Shown piece by piece: positions 56,968-64,000 of a DNA stretch of 64,000 nt. A program made the position numbers and the translations under genes. Source of the stretch: Actinomycetota bacterium (GTDB taxonomy: Bacteria > Actinomycetota > UBA4738 > JACQTL01); NCBI GenBank assembly GCA_045805265.1, contig JBJMLO010000023.1:478-64477 (forward strand), written 5' to 3'. The notes beneath the pieces were generated by a model. That model had not been told where the DNA came from, searched no databases, and was given only the letters and a program-made list of their open reading frames with translations. Every line of letters starts with the position of its first letter. Position 1 is the first letter of the stretch.

Positions 56968-58233
56968 ATGCTCGATCTGAAGGCGATGCGGGAGGACCCC
57001 GACCGGTTCCGCGCGGGATTGGCTCGCCGTGGAGCGGGCGACTCGCTCGAGCGGGTACTGGCGCTCGACGAGCAGCTCCGCGGGCTCAAGGTGCGGGTCG
57101 AGGCGCTCCGCGCCGAGCAGAACACCGCCAACAAAGAGATCGGCCGGGCAACGCCCGAGGAGCGACCACAGAGGATCGAGGCTCTGAGAAGCGTCTCGGA
57201 GCAGCTGAAGCAGCTGGAGCCCCAGCTGCAGGAGACCCAGGACCAGCTGGACCAGCTCCTCCTGCGCATCCCGAACCTCCCGCACGAATCGGTGCCCGAC
57301 GGGGTCGACGACGAGGACAACGTCCTGATCAGGCAGGAAGGAGACCCGCCGCGGTTCGCCTTCGACCCGAAAGACCATCTCGACCTGGGGGAGCGGCTCG
57401 GCGCCATCGACACCGAGCGGGCGGCGAGGACCTCCGGGTCGCGGTTCGTCTACCTCCTGGGGCCCGCGGTGTGGCTCCAGCTCGCGCTGGTCCGCTACGC
57501 CCTGGACACGCTGGCGGGCAAGGGGTTCACGCCGGTCGTCCCGCCGGTGCTGGTGCGGGAGGAGGCCATGTACGGGACCGGCTTCCTCCCGACGGACGAG
57601 GCGCAGATCTACGCGACGCGCGACGACGACCTGTACCTGGTCGGCACCTCGGAGGTGCCGCTGGCGTCGTTCCATCAGGACGAGATCCTCGATGCCGCCG
57701 ACCTCCCGACCAGGTACGCGGGCTACTCCACCTGTTTCCGGCGCGAGGCCGGCACGTACGGCAAGGACACGCGCGGGATGTTCCGCGTCCATCAATTCGA
57801 CAAGGTCGAGATGTTCTCGTTCTCAGACCCCGACCGGTCGTGGGAGGAGCACGAGTTCCTGGTCTCGATCGAGGAGGAGATCGTCGCCGGACTCGGTATC
57901 CCCTACCGGCTGATGAACGTGTGCACCGGCGAGCTCGGCGCGAGCGCCGCGAAGAAGGTCGACCTCGAGGCGTGGTTCCCCGGCCAGGGCAGGTACAGGG
58001 AGCTGACTTCCTGTTCGAACTGCACCGACTACCAGGCGCGCCGCCTAGGGGTGCGCACGCGGGGCCTCGACGGCAACCGGCCCGTCCACACGCTGAACGG
58101 GACGGCCTGCGCGATCGGCCGGACCATCATCGCGGTCCTCGAGAACCACCAGCGCGAAGACGGCTCGATCGACCTCCCCGAGGCGCTCCACCCCCACCTG
58201 CCGCCCGACCTGCGCAGGCTCGTGCCGCCCTGA
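56968..58233 (+). CDS. serS: Seryl-tRNA synthetase
   Basis: MLDLKAMRE, GTSEVP, CFRREAG..GKDTRG.FRVHQFDKVE, ELTSCSNCTDYQARR, HTLNGT. Confidence 0.98.
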   Translation: MLDLKAMREDPDRFRAGLARRGAGDSLERVLALDEQLRGLKVRVEALRAEQNTANKEIGRATPEERPQRIEALRSVSEQLKQLEPQLQETQDQLDQLLLRIPNLPHESVPDGVDDEDNVLIRQEGDPPRFAFDPKDHLDLGERLGAIDTERAARTSGSRFVYLLGPAVWLQLALVRYALDTLAGKGFTPVVPPVLVREEAMYGTGFLPTDEAQIYATRDDDLYLVGTSEVPLASFHQDEILDAADLPTRYAGYSTCFRREAGTYGKDTRGMFRVHQFDKVEMFSFSDPDRSWEEHEFLVSIEEEIVAGLGIPYRLMNVCTGELGASAAKKVDLEAWFPGQGRYRELTSCSNCTDYQARRLGVRTRGLDGNRPVHTLNGTACAIGRTIIAVLENHQREDGSIDLPEALHPHLPPDLRRLVPP

Positions 58234-58352
58234 TCGGCGAGCAACGCACCTGCCGGGACCGCGGCCCTCGACGACGGTCCGTTCTCGAGCCTGTCGGGCG
58301 AGGGAGCGTTCCTACGAGCCGTGGCACGAAGGGCAAGCCCAGAGCGACTTCG

Positions 58353-59336
58353 TTATCCCTGTGAGGGGTTCCGTAGCGAATCGACGATCCGCGGAGGCCA
58401 GAAGGCTTGCCAGTCGGCCGCAGTTCCCTCGGGCGTGGATGGCAGCCGGTACCGCTCAGTCGCGAGCAATACCGACGTCGCGGCATCGAAGTCCAAGTTG
58501 GTGCGTTCATGTCCGTGCGTGAGCGTCACCGCCAGTGAACGGCGTCCGAGGGGGTCGAGGTGGCCGTTGATGACCCGCACGCCTGGGAGGGAAGCCGCGA
58601 CCTCCAGAAGCGAGGCTCGCAAGTCAGGCGGCACAGCCTGCTCTTCAAGGAGCATCCCGATAATGTTGAAGGTCTCGGCCACCCCCGGAGGGCCGTCGAC
58701 CACCGATCGTTGCTCGAGGGCCCCGCGCAGGGCTCCGACGTCCCGAGGCAGCCCGTGAAGATCCGGGGTAGGCAGGTCCCCCGCACGATATCGGTCATCG
58801 GCCGCTCTGGGCAGGATCTCGGGGCGTCCAGCTCGTCGCCACGCGGCCTCATCGCCGGGACTGACGAAGCGGGGGTTCCCGACGGCGACGGTGAGGATGC
58901 GCCCAGATCCATCGGCTGCGCGCCACTCCTGCCGGACCAGTCGGACGAGCGCTGTCCACCCTGACCCTGCTCCAAGGACCTCCCCACCGACGCGCCGGAG
59001 CTGCTCGCTTCGGACGTACACGTACGTCCCGGGCGGCGGGACGAGGCGAGACTGTTGAGCGGCGACCAGCACGAGGTCATGCAACGTCCGGGCAGCCGTG
59101 GGTTCGCGGTCATCCTCTCCATTGAGCAGCACGCCCGAGAGGACGAGGGTCAGGGCGACCGCCGCCGTGGCGACGACCCACCGACTCCTGTGCCGTCGTG
59201 GTGAGCGACCCAGGGCATCGGTCCCCAGGGCATGCCGGCGCAGGCGCTGCAGCGCCTGGTTCTTGGCCTCCCCATCTCCGAGGGGCACGTCGGCCCCGAG
59301 CAGCCGGATGGCCTCGAGCTCGTCCATATCACCCAA
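58353..59336 (-). CDS. CU044_5270-like TM protein, probable anti-sigma factor
   Basis: Overlaps the ECF sigma stop; TM; YVYVRSEQ, EWRAADGSGR, PPDLRASLLE, DPLGR. Confidence 0.8.
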   Translation of the reverse strand: MGDMDELEAIRLLGADVPLGDGEAKNQALQRLRRHALGTDALGRSPRRHRSRWVVATAAVALTLVLSGVLLNGEDDREPTAARTLHDLVLVAAQQSRLVPPPGTYVYVRSEQLRRVGGEVLGAGSGWTALVRLVRQEWRAADGSGRILTVAVGNPRFVSPGDEAAWRRAGRPEILPRAADDRYRAGDLPTPDLHGLPRDVGALRGALEQRSVVDGPPGVAETFNIIGMLLEEQAVPPDLRASLLEVAASLPGVRVINGHLDPLGRRSLAVTLTHGHERTNLDFDAATSVLLATERYRLPSTPEGTAADWQAFWPPRIVDSLRNPSQG

Positions 59337-59907
59337 TCGGTGGCACCTCGCTCACGCCCCAGATTGCCTGAAGGCCTGGAAGTCGTTCCCGCAGCGCCAT
59401 CCGCGCCCGATGGATCCGGGAGCGCACCGTGCCCACGGGGATATGAAGGGCCGAGGCGATCTCCTCGTAGGACAGCTCGCCGATGACCATGAGGAGCAGG
59501 GCGTCCCGGTCCCGCCGGCTCGTTTCCGCCAGGGCCCGCGACAGCATGGGGGCGGCCATGGAGGCCGCCAGGGCGTCCTCGTCCGGCTCGGCTCTGCTCG
59601 CCTCAACCGGCACCCTGGCATATGCCTGCAGCCGGGTCCGTTCGGCGCGGCGGTGGTGCCTGAGCACGTTGGTGGCGATCCCCATCAACCACGGCTTGGC
59701 AGACGGGGACCGGCCGTCGAAACACGCCCGCCGGTCGAACGCGACCAAGAAGGTCTGTGCCGTGAGCTCCTCACCGGCGTCGAGGCCGCACCGGTGCTGG
59801 AGGTAGCGGCGCACGGCGTCGTAATGGCGGTCGAACACCACCTCGAAACTGGCCGGATCCCTCAGCGATTCCGCGATGGCTTCCGCGTCGGATTGGCCGC
59901 GTTCCAC
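59329..59907 (-). CDS. ECF RNA polymerase sigma factor
   Basis: FDRHY, region 2 (PWLMGIATN), region 4 (LSYEEIASAL.IPVGTVRSRIHRAR). Confidence 0.95.
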   Translation of the reverse strand: MERGQSDAEAIAESLRDPASFEVVFDRHYDAVRRYLQHRCGLDAGEELTAQTFLVAFDRRACFDGRSPSAKPWLMGIATNVLRHHRRAERTRLQAYARVPVEASRAEPDEDALAASMAAPMLSRALAETSRRDRDALLLMVIGELSYEEIASALHIPVGTVRSRIHRARMALRERLPGLQAIWGVSEVPPIG

Positions 59908-59937
59908 ATGCCGAGCGTACGCCCGCCGTCCAGCCCC

Positions 59938-60507
59938 TCAGTCCTTCCACCGGAGGGACGAGATCAGATTGCGGAAGGAGCCGTAATCGGAACAGTTCGG
60001 TGTGCACGTGAGGATGGAGCCGCCGAAGTCCTTGGCCGTGAACTTCTTGTTGTGGTCGCAGCTCCCAAAGCCCTTCCCGGACTCGAAGTCGTCGTTCCAG
60101 GCGTCGCCCACGTAGGAGACCTCCCAGGTTACTGTTGCCGAGCACGTCTCCGAGGCGAAGTAGCTCTTGGAGCTGCCGTTGTACGACGTGCTGGTGTACT
60201 CGGTGCCGATGAGCACGCTGGTGATCGCGTCCGCCGTGGCCCCGTCGAGCTCGGACTGGGTGAGCGTGGCCGGCGCGGCGTCCTCAGGAACGGTGATCGC
60301 CCCTCCCGAGCCTGCGGCGAGCGCCTCGGCGTACGTCGGGTAGCACCCGAGGTCTTGCTCGGTCGTGCCATTGGCCCCGGGCTCGGCGCCCGGTCCCGAG
60401 GGGACCAGCAGCGCGGCGCAGTGACGGTCCTCACCCGCGGGCCCCATGGCCGTGAGCGAGGCGATCGCGATGAGGCCAAGGATGACAGCGCTGATGTGAC
60501 GATGCAT
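59938..60507 (-). CDS. Secreted Cys-containing protein, peptidase inhibitor I36 / beta-gamma-crystallin-like
   Basis: Signal peptide, SD GAGG, WNDDFES and RNLISSLRW motifs. Confidence 0.7.
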   Translation of the reverse strand: MHRHISAVILGLIAIASLTAMGPAGEDRHCAALLVPSGPGAEPGANGTTEQDLGCYPTYAEALAAGSGGAITVPEDAAPATLTQSELDGATADAITSVLIGTEYTSTSYNGSSKSYFASETCSATVTWEVSYVGDAWNDDFESGKGFGSCDHNKKFTAKDFGGSILTCTPNCSDYGSFRNLISSLRWKD

Positions 60508-60555
60508 TTCCTCTCCCTCCCCTGGGCGTTGGGGGGAAGCTAGGGGCCCGACGAG

Positions 60556-60593
60556 GGACGGGCAATGGACGGGATTCGTCAGAAACGCGTCAG
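60556..60593 (-). promoter_or_regulatory. 11-bp-period direct repeats between divergent genes (CGTCAG x2, GGACGGG x2)
   Basis: CGTCAG at 60577 and 60588, GGACGGG at 60556 and 60567; TAGCTT -10-like hexamer on the minus strand at 60537-60542. Confidence 0.45.
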
Positions 60594-60681
60594 TTTGGAA
60601 TCACACCGATCGTGATCCGGTGGGCCCTGGGCTCGGAAACAAGGCGAACCGGAATCGCCGGTCTCGGCAATTCCTCAACGA

Positions 60682-61185
60682 ATGGGAATTCCCACGGTCC
60701 TCATGGTCGGGATGGACCGGATGTCGAGCGTCCCTGAATACCTGCGCCTGAGATCGGTGGTGGTGCTCGCCCCGTCCAAGGAGACGCTGATCCTGTGGCA
60801 ACAGGAGGGGTGGGGAGAGCGGTCGGGGCCGGCCGAGCAGAGCGATGGACTTCGAGTGGACATCTCCGGGAGACGGCTCGCGTGGCAGGGGTCGGTCGTG
60901 CCCCTCACCGATCTGGAGTTCCGGGTGGCCGCCTGCCTGGCGAGTGAGCCGGGTCGGGCCTGGAGCTACCGTGAGCTACGCCGCACGGGGTGGGGGAATG
61001 ACCCGAACCTCCCGATGGACGTCTTCGCCGTACGGTCAGTCATCCAACGGATCCGGGGAAAGCTCCGCGCGGCCGGGGCCGCCGTCCGGGTGGAGTCTGT
61101 CCGGGGATTCGGCTTCCGCCTCGAGGTGCCTGAGTCACGGAGCCCATCAGCGATCAGGGTTGACGCGGCGGAACGAGCCGACTGA
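60682..61185 (+). CDS. OmpR/PhoB-type winged-helix regulator lacking a receiver domain
   Basis: LTDLEFRV, VRSVIQRIRGKL, ESVRGFGFRL; start uncertain (60682, 60703 or 60721). Confidence 0.85.
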   Translation: MGIPTVLMVGMDRMSSVPEYLRLRSVVVLAPSKETLILWQQEGWGERSGPAEQSDGLRVDISGRRLAWQGSVVPLTDLEFRVAACLASEPGRAWSYRELRRTGWGNDPNLPMDVFAVRSVIQRIRGKLRAAGAAVRVESVRGFGFRLEVPESRSPSAIRVDAAERAD

Positions 61186-61426
61186 TCCTTCCCAATGGCA
61201 AATCGGGAGGTCCGCCTTGGGTCCGGGCCGCCCCGTTGGACCTCGGCGACCGCCTCGCGAACCTTCTCGGCAACTCCCGGCAAATAGGGCTAGTGCTTCG
61301 GCGCCGGCGACCGGCGATGCCGAGGGCGTCGTGCCCCGGCTGCTTTCCGTCCATCGGCCGGCGCCGCGCCGGAGCCCTTGAGCAGATGGGCGGTTGGGGG
61401 CCGTCTATCCGGAAGGAGGGAGAACA

Positions 61427-62245
61427 GTGGCACAGCATGGCCACCCGGGTGGCCTCGGCCGCCTGAAGAAGGACGATCCCCGGGACGTCTCCATAGGGAC
61501 GCTGCAAGCCTTGCAGTCGACCTTCACGCCCCAGACCACGTTGCAGAATCTGGCCGAAGACCCGAACTTCGATTTCTGGTCCATATATGTGCTTTGGCGC
61601 TACATCAACTCGCTCCGGGGAGGTCCGGCCCCCGCGCCGCCCGAGCCCCTTCCTACATCGAAGACATGGGACGACCCTCGGGAGACGCTGGACCAAGGCC
61701 ATACCAACCACTGCGTGGGCAACGGGTGCGCCCAGTGGGGGAACGCGTCTCCGGTCAACGAGAACTACACCGAGACAGATGCGAAGAACATCTACTACGC
61801 GGCCAAAGTCATCGACGGCGAGCCCGGGCAGGAGAACGGCTCCTACGTCCGCTCCGGCATGAAGGTGCTCAAGAACATGAAGCGTCTGGCCGCCTACGTA
61901 CGACCCGCGTCGATGGATGACCTGGTGAACTGGATCCTGAGCAAGGGCACGGTCACGGTGGGGACCGATTGGTACGAGTCCATGTTCACACCGGACGCGG
62001 ACAACCGGGCCCGGATCGACGACACGGTCATCTGCCCGGACACTGGCAAACCCGTCGCGGGAGGGCACTGCTACCTGATCCTCGGCTACGACCCCGGCCG
62101 GAAGGACCGGGAGTTCGAGGCGCTCAATTCCTGGGGCAAGGCTTGGGGAGCGAACGGCCACTTCTTCTTGTCGAGGCCCGACCTTCAAAGACTCCTCTTC
62201 TCCGAGGACGGCGAGGCCTGGCTGGCTGAGGAGTTGCCGGCCTAG
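61427..62245 (+). CDS. Papain-like C1 cysteine peptidase
   Basis: LDQGHTNHCVGN (Gln/Cys), GGHCY (His), LNSWG..WG.NG; SD AAGGAGG. Confidence 0.88.
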   Translation: MAQHGHPGGLGRLKKDDPRDVSIGTLQALQSTFTPQTTLQNLAEDPNFDFWSIYVLWRYINSLRGGPAPAPPEPLPTSKTWDDPRETLDQGHTNHCVGNGCAQWGNASPVNENYTETDAKNIYYAAKVIDGEPGQENGSYVRSGMKVLKNMKRLAAYVRPASMDDLVNWILSKGTVTVGTDWYESMFTPDADNRARIDDTVICPDTGKPVAGGHCYLILGYDPGRKDREFEALNSWGKAWGANGHFFLSRPDLQRLLFSEDGEAWLAEELPA

Positions 62246-62546
62246 GCTCGCGCGGCATCCGTGGCCGTTCATTCTCCACTCCCGAGACCGCGGGTCGTCC
62301 GCTGTTTGCCGACCTGAGTCTCAGTCGAAGGAAGCCAGACTGCCGTATCCAGTCCAGATACCAAGTCTCCGGCCGTCGTCTGTGAACTCTCCCGGGCCGA
62401 CACGGCAATCAAGGGCGGTGCTTCGTCGCCGACGATCGGACGTCTTTTCATTCAGGACACGTTGGGCAGCCAGGCTCGAGACAGGGCTGGCGGAGGACGG
62501 GACCGCGACCAAGCGGTAACGGGCGACGCTGGGAGAGGAGTGGCGA

Positions 62547-62766
62547 ATGGCGAATCAGGTAACTCGCCGGCCTCTGCGCCAACGGTTCCTGGGGAATCGG
62601 AACCACCTCGAGGTTCACGATCTGCTGGCCGAGACGCCGAACTGCCGAATCGACGAGATCATCAGGGCGGGCCACGCCGTTGTGTTCGATCCGGACACTC
62701 TGGAGGAGGCACATCGAGAAGGCTACGACAAACTGCGCATGGTGCCTCGGTGGGTCCACACGATGA
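62547..62766 (+). pseudogene. Small Ada-like Zn-binding protein with a +1 frameshift (or sequence error) at the A run 62730-62732
   Basis: FLGNRNHLEVH...C...F...EEAHREGYD; removing one A gives NCAWCLGGSTR-stop, restoring a CxxC. Confidence 0.65.
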
Positions 62767-62777
62767 AGGGGGGCGAG

Positions 62778-63623
62778 ATGCCAGGAGAGACCACGCGCGA
62801 ACAGCCTCGTCGCTTGTGGCACTTGCATTTCAGCAGGTTGAGCAGCTGGACACTCCGTGTCGTTGGATTGGCGATCGGCTGGACAGCGGCGCTCCCTGTC
62901 GCCGCGGCCCTTGGTGCCCCGACCTCGACACCTGGCGCAACCCCGGGATCGACACCTGGCCCCACCCCGAGCTCCGGCCCGATCCTCGATGTCGGCGGTG
63001 GCTCGGCGGTGGTTCTGATTGCATTGATCGGTGCAGCGATCGCCTTGTTGTGGATCGTGCCGATGATGGTGGACACGCTCAAATCTCACCGAGCCCTTCG
63101 CCGGTTCTCAGAGTCATTGATGCAGGAGGTCATAGAGGAGGCCCGTCGCACCAAGGGGCAAATGAGTGTCGACAAGTTGCGAGAGGTGCTGAAGCTACTC
63201 GATCACGGCCCCACTGGCATGAGAGGTTTGGCTCGAGCGCTCATGGCGTTCGCGATCATCACCATCGTCGCGGTCGCCCTGGTTGCCGTTCTCGTTTCAG
63301 GCGCCGCGGACGCATCGGACCTGCGCAAGACGATCATCGCCTCGCTCCTGAGCGTGCTCGCGACGATCATCGGTTTCTACTTTGGCACCCGCGCTTCAGA
63401 GACCGCGACCGAGACGGCTTCCTCCGCTCCAGTGGTTGGGGAGAGTGGGGGCGGGAGGAATAGCGGGTCTGCACCTGACGCCAGAGCCGGCGAGCCCGGC
63501 ACCGGAACGCTCGACGAAGATGAACCGACTGGGCCTACTTCTGAAGGGTCCGCTCAGATATCCCCAAGCGACTTGCCTCCGGAGTCCGGAGCGGCAATGT
63601 CCGGGGAACCGGCAAATGGGTAA
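62778..63623 (+). CDS. Multi-TM hypothetical membrane protein with low-complexity acidic tail
   Basis: SD AAGGGGG before ATG 62778; hydrophobic segments ending IIGFYFG; the frame stays open after the TAA to 63842. Confidence 0.7.
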   Translation: MPGETTREQPRRLWHLHFSRLSSWTLRVVGLAIGWTAALPVAAALGAPTSTPGATPGSTPGPTPSSGPILDVGGGSAVVLIALIGAAIALLWIVPMMVDTLKSHRALRRFSESLMQEVIEEARRTKGQMSVDKLREVLKLLDHGPTGMRGLARALMAFAIITIVAVALVAVLVSGAADASDLRKTIIASLLSVLATIIGFYFGTRASETATETASSAPVVGESGGGRNSGSAPDARAGEPGTGTLDEDEPTGPTSEGSAQISPSDLPPESGAAMSGEPANG

Positions 63624-63826
63624 TCGCCAAAGTCTGTGGTCTCTGCAGGAGGGTCGACGACCGTCGTCGCCGCGAGAGCCGATGCGCGGGCAGCGGATGA
63701 AGGTGAATTCGCGCAGGCAACGGACCGCGACCCGGCAGCCGGAGATGCTGGTCGGACGGCGAGCGAGATGCTCCCCGAGACGAGCAAGTCGGTTAAGGGC
63801 AGGCGGAGGTGCGACTCAGCGAGAGG

Positions 63827-64000
63827 GTGGCCGCGGCGCTGACGCCGGATGATCGTGAGGCGATCGCGCAGGCTGTCCGGAAAGGCATGGCACCGACGCC
63901 GCCCTCCTGGCGCCGGACGCTCGCCTCAACGGCCTTCGCGCTAGTCTTCGCGTTCCTCGGGCTGAAGCTGCTCAGCTGGCTCCAGACGTCCCGGCCCCCG
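63827..64000 (+). CDS. Partial membrane protein running off the window end
   Basis: Open frame VAAALTPDDREAIAQAVRKG...TLASTAFALVFAFLGLKLLSW; start 63809 or 63827. Confidence 0.45.
   Translation, partial: MAAALTPDDREAIAQAVRKGMAPTPPSWRRTLASTAFALVFAFLGLKLLSWLQTSRPP

Noticed and set aside
1-64000. Many long overlapping Arg/Pro/Gly/Ala-rich ORFs in the six-frame track (e.g. 24609-27221 -, 32952-35624 -, 37852-40641 -, 41771-44815 -)
   Set aside because: Shadow ORFs expected in high-GC DNA; they overlap motif-supported genes and have no recognisable motifs.
1-64000. tRNA, rRNA or CRISPR array, including a tRNA near serS
   Set aside because: No cloverleaf with T-loop/CCA in the intergenic gaps, no rRNA-like stretch and no regularly spaced repeat-spacer array seen by eye.

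Overview
High-GC bacterial DNA. Gene content (ligC, SARP-STAND regulator, ECF sigma with a CU044_5270-like partner, DUF4446, serS) points to Actinomycetota; this is inference. Left to right: (1) a complete 2.8-kb IS1595-family element (129-2921, imperfect 22-bp IRs, 8-bp TSD CTGACGAG) carrying an unknown OB-fold-like protein, a PIN nuclease and small membrane peptides; (2) secreted and cell-envelope genes (propeller proteins, phosphoesterase, murT/gatD, M15 peptidase, DUF2156); (3) a signalling block of two Ser/Thr kinases, an amylo-alpha-1,6-glucosidase and a 1582-aa SARP-kinase-STAND-sugar-binding fusion; (4) ccmFGHI followed by a translationally coupled three-gene redox module (FAD oxidoreductase with 3 FHA domains; polyferredoxin with 2 cNMP-like domains; heme-b-like membrane domain fused to a pentaheme cytochrome c), the best candidate for an undescribed system; (5) ligC, enoyl-CoA hydratase, an alternating YfhO/GT-C and phosphoesterase cluster, an HtrA-like protease, larCB, DUF4446, bactofilin, serS; (6) an accessory region with an ECF sigma/anti-sigma pair, a papain-like protease and frameshifted ORFs. 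No rRNA, tRNA or CRISPR array was seen. All calls come from motifs read by eye, without database searches.
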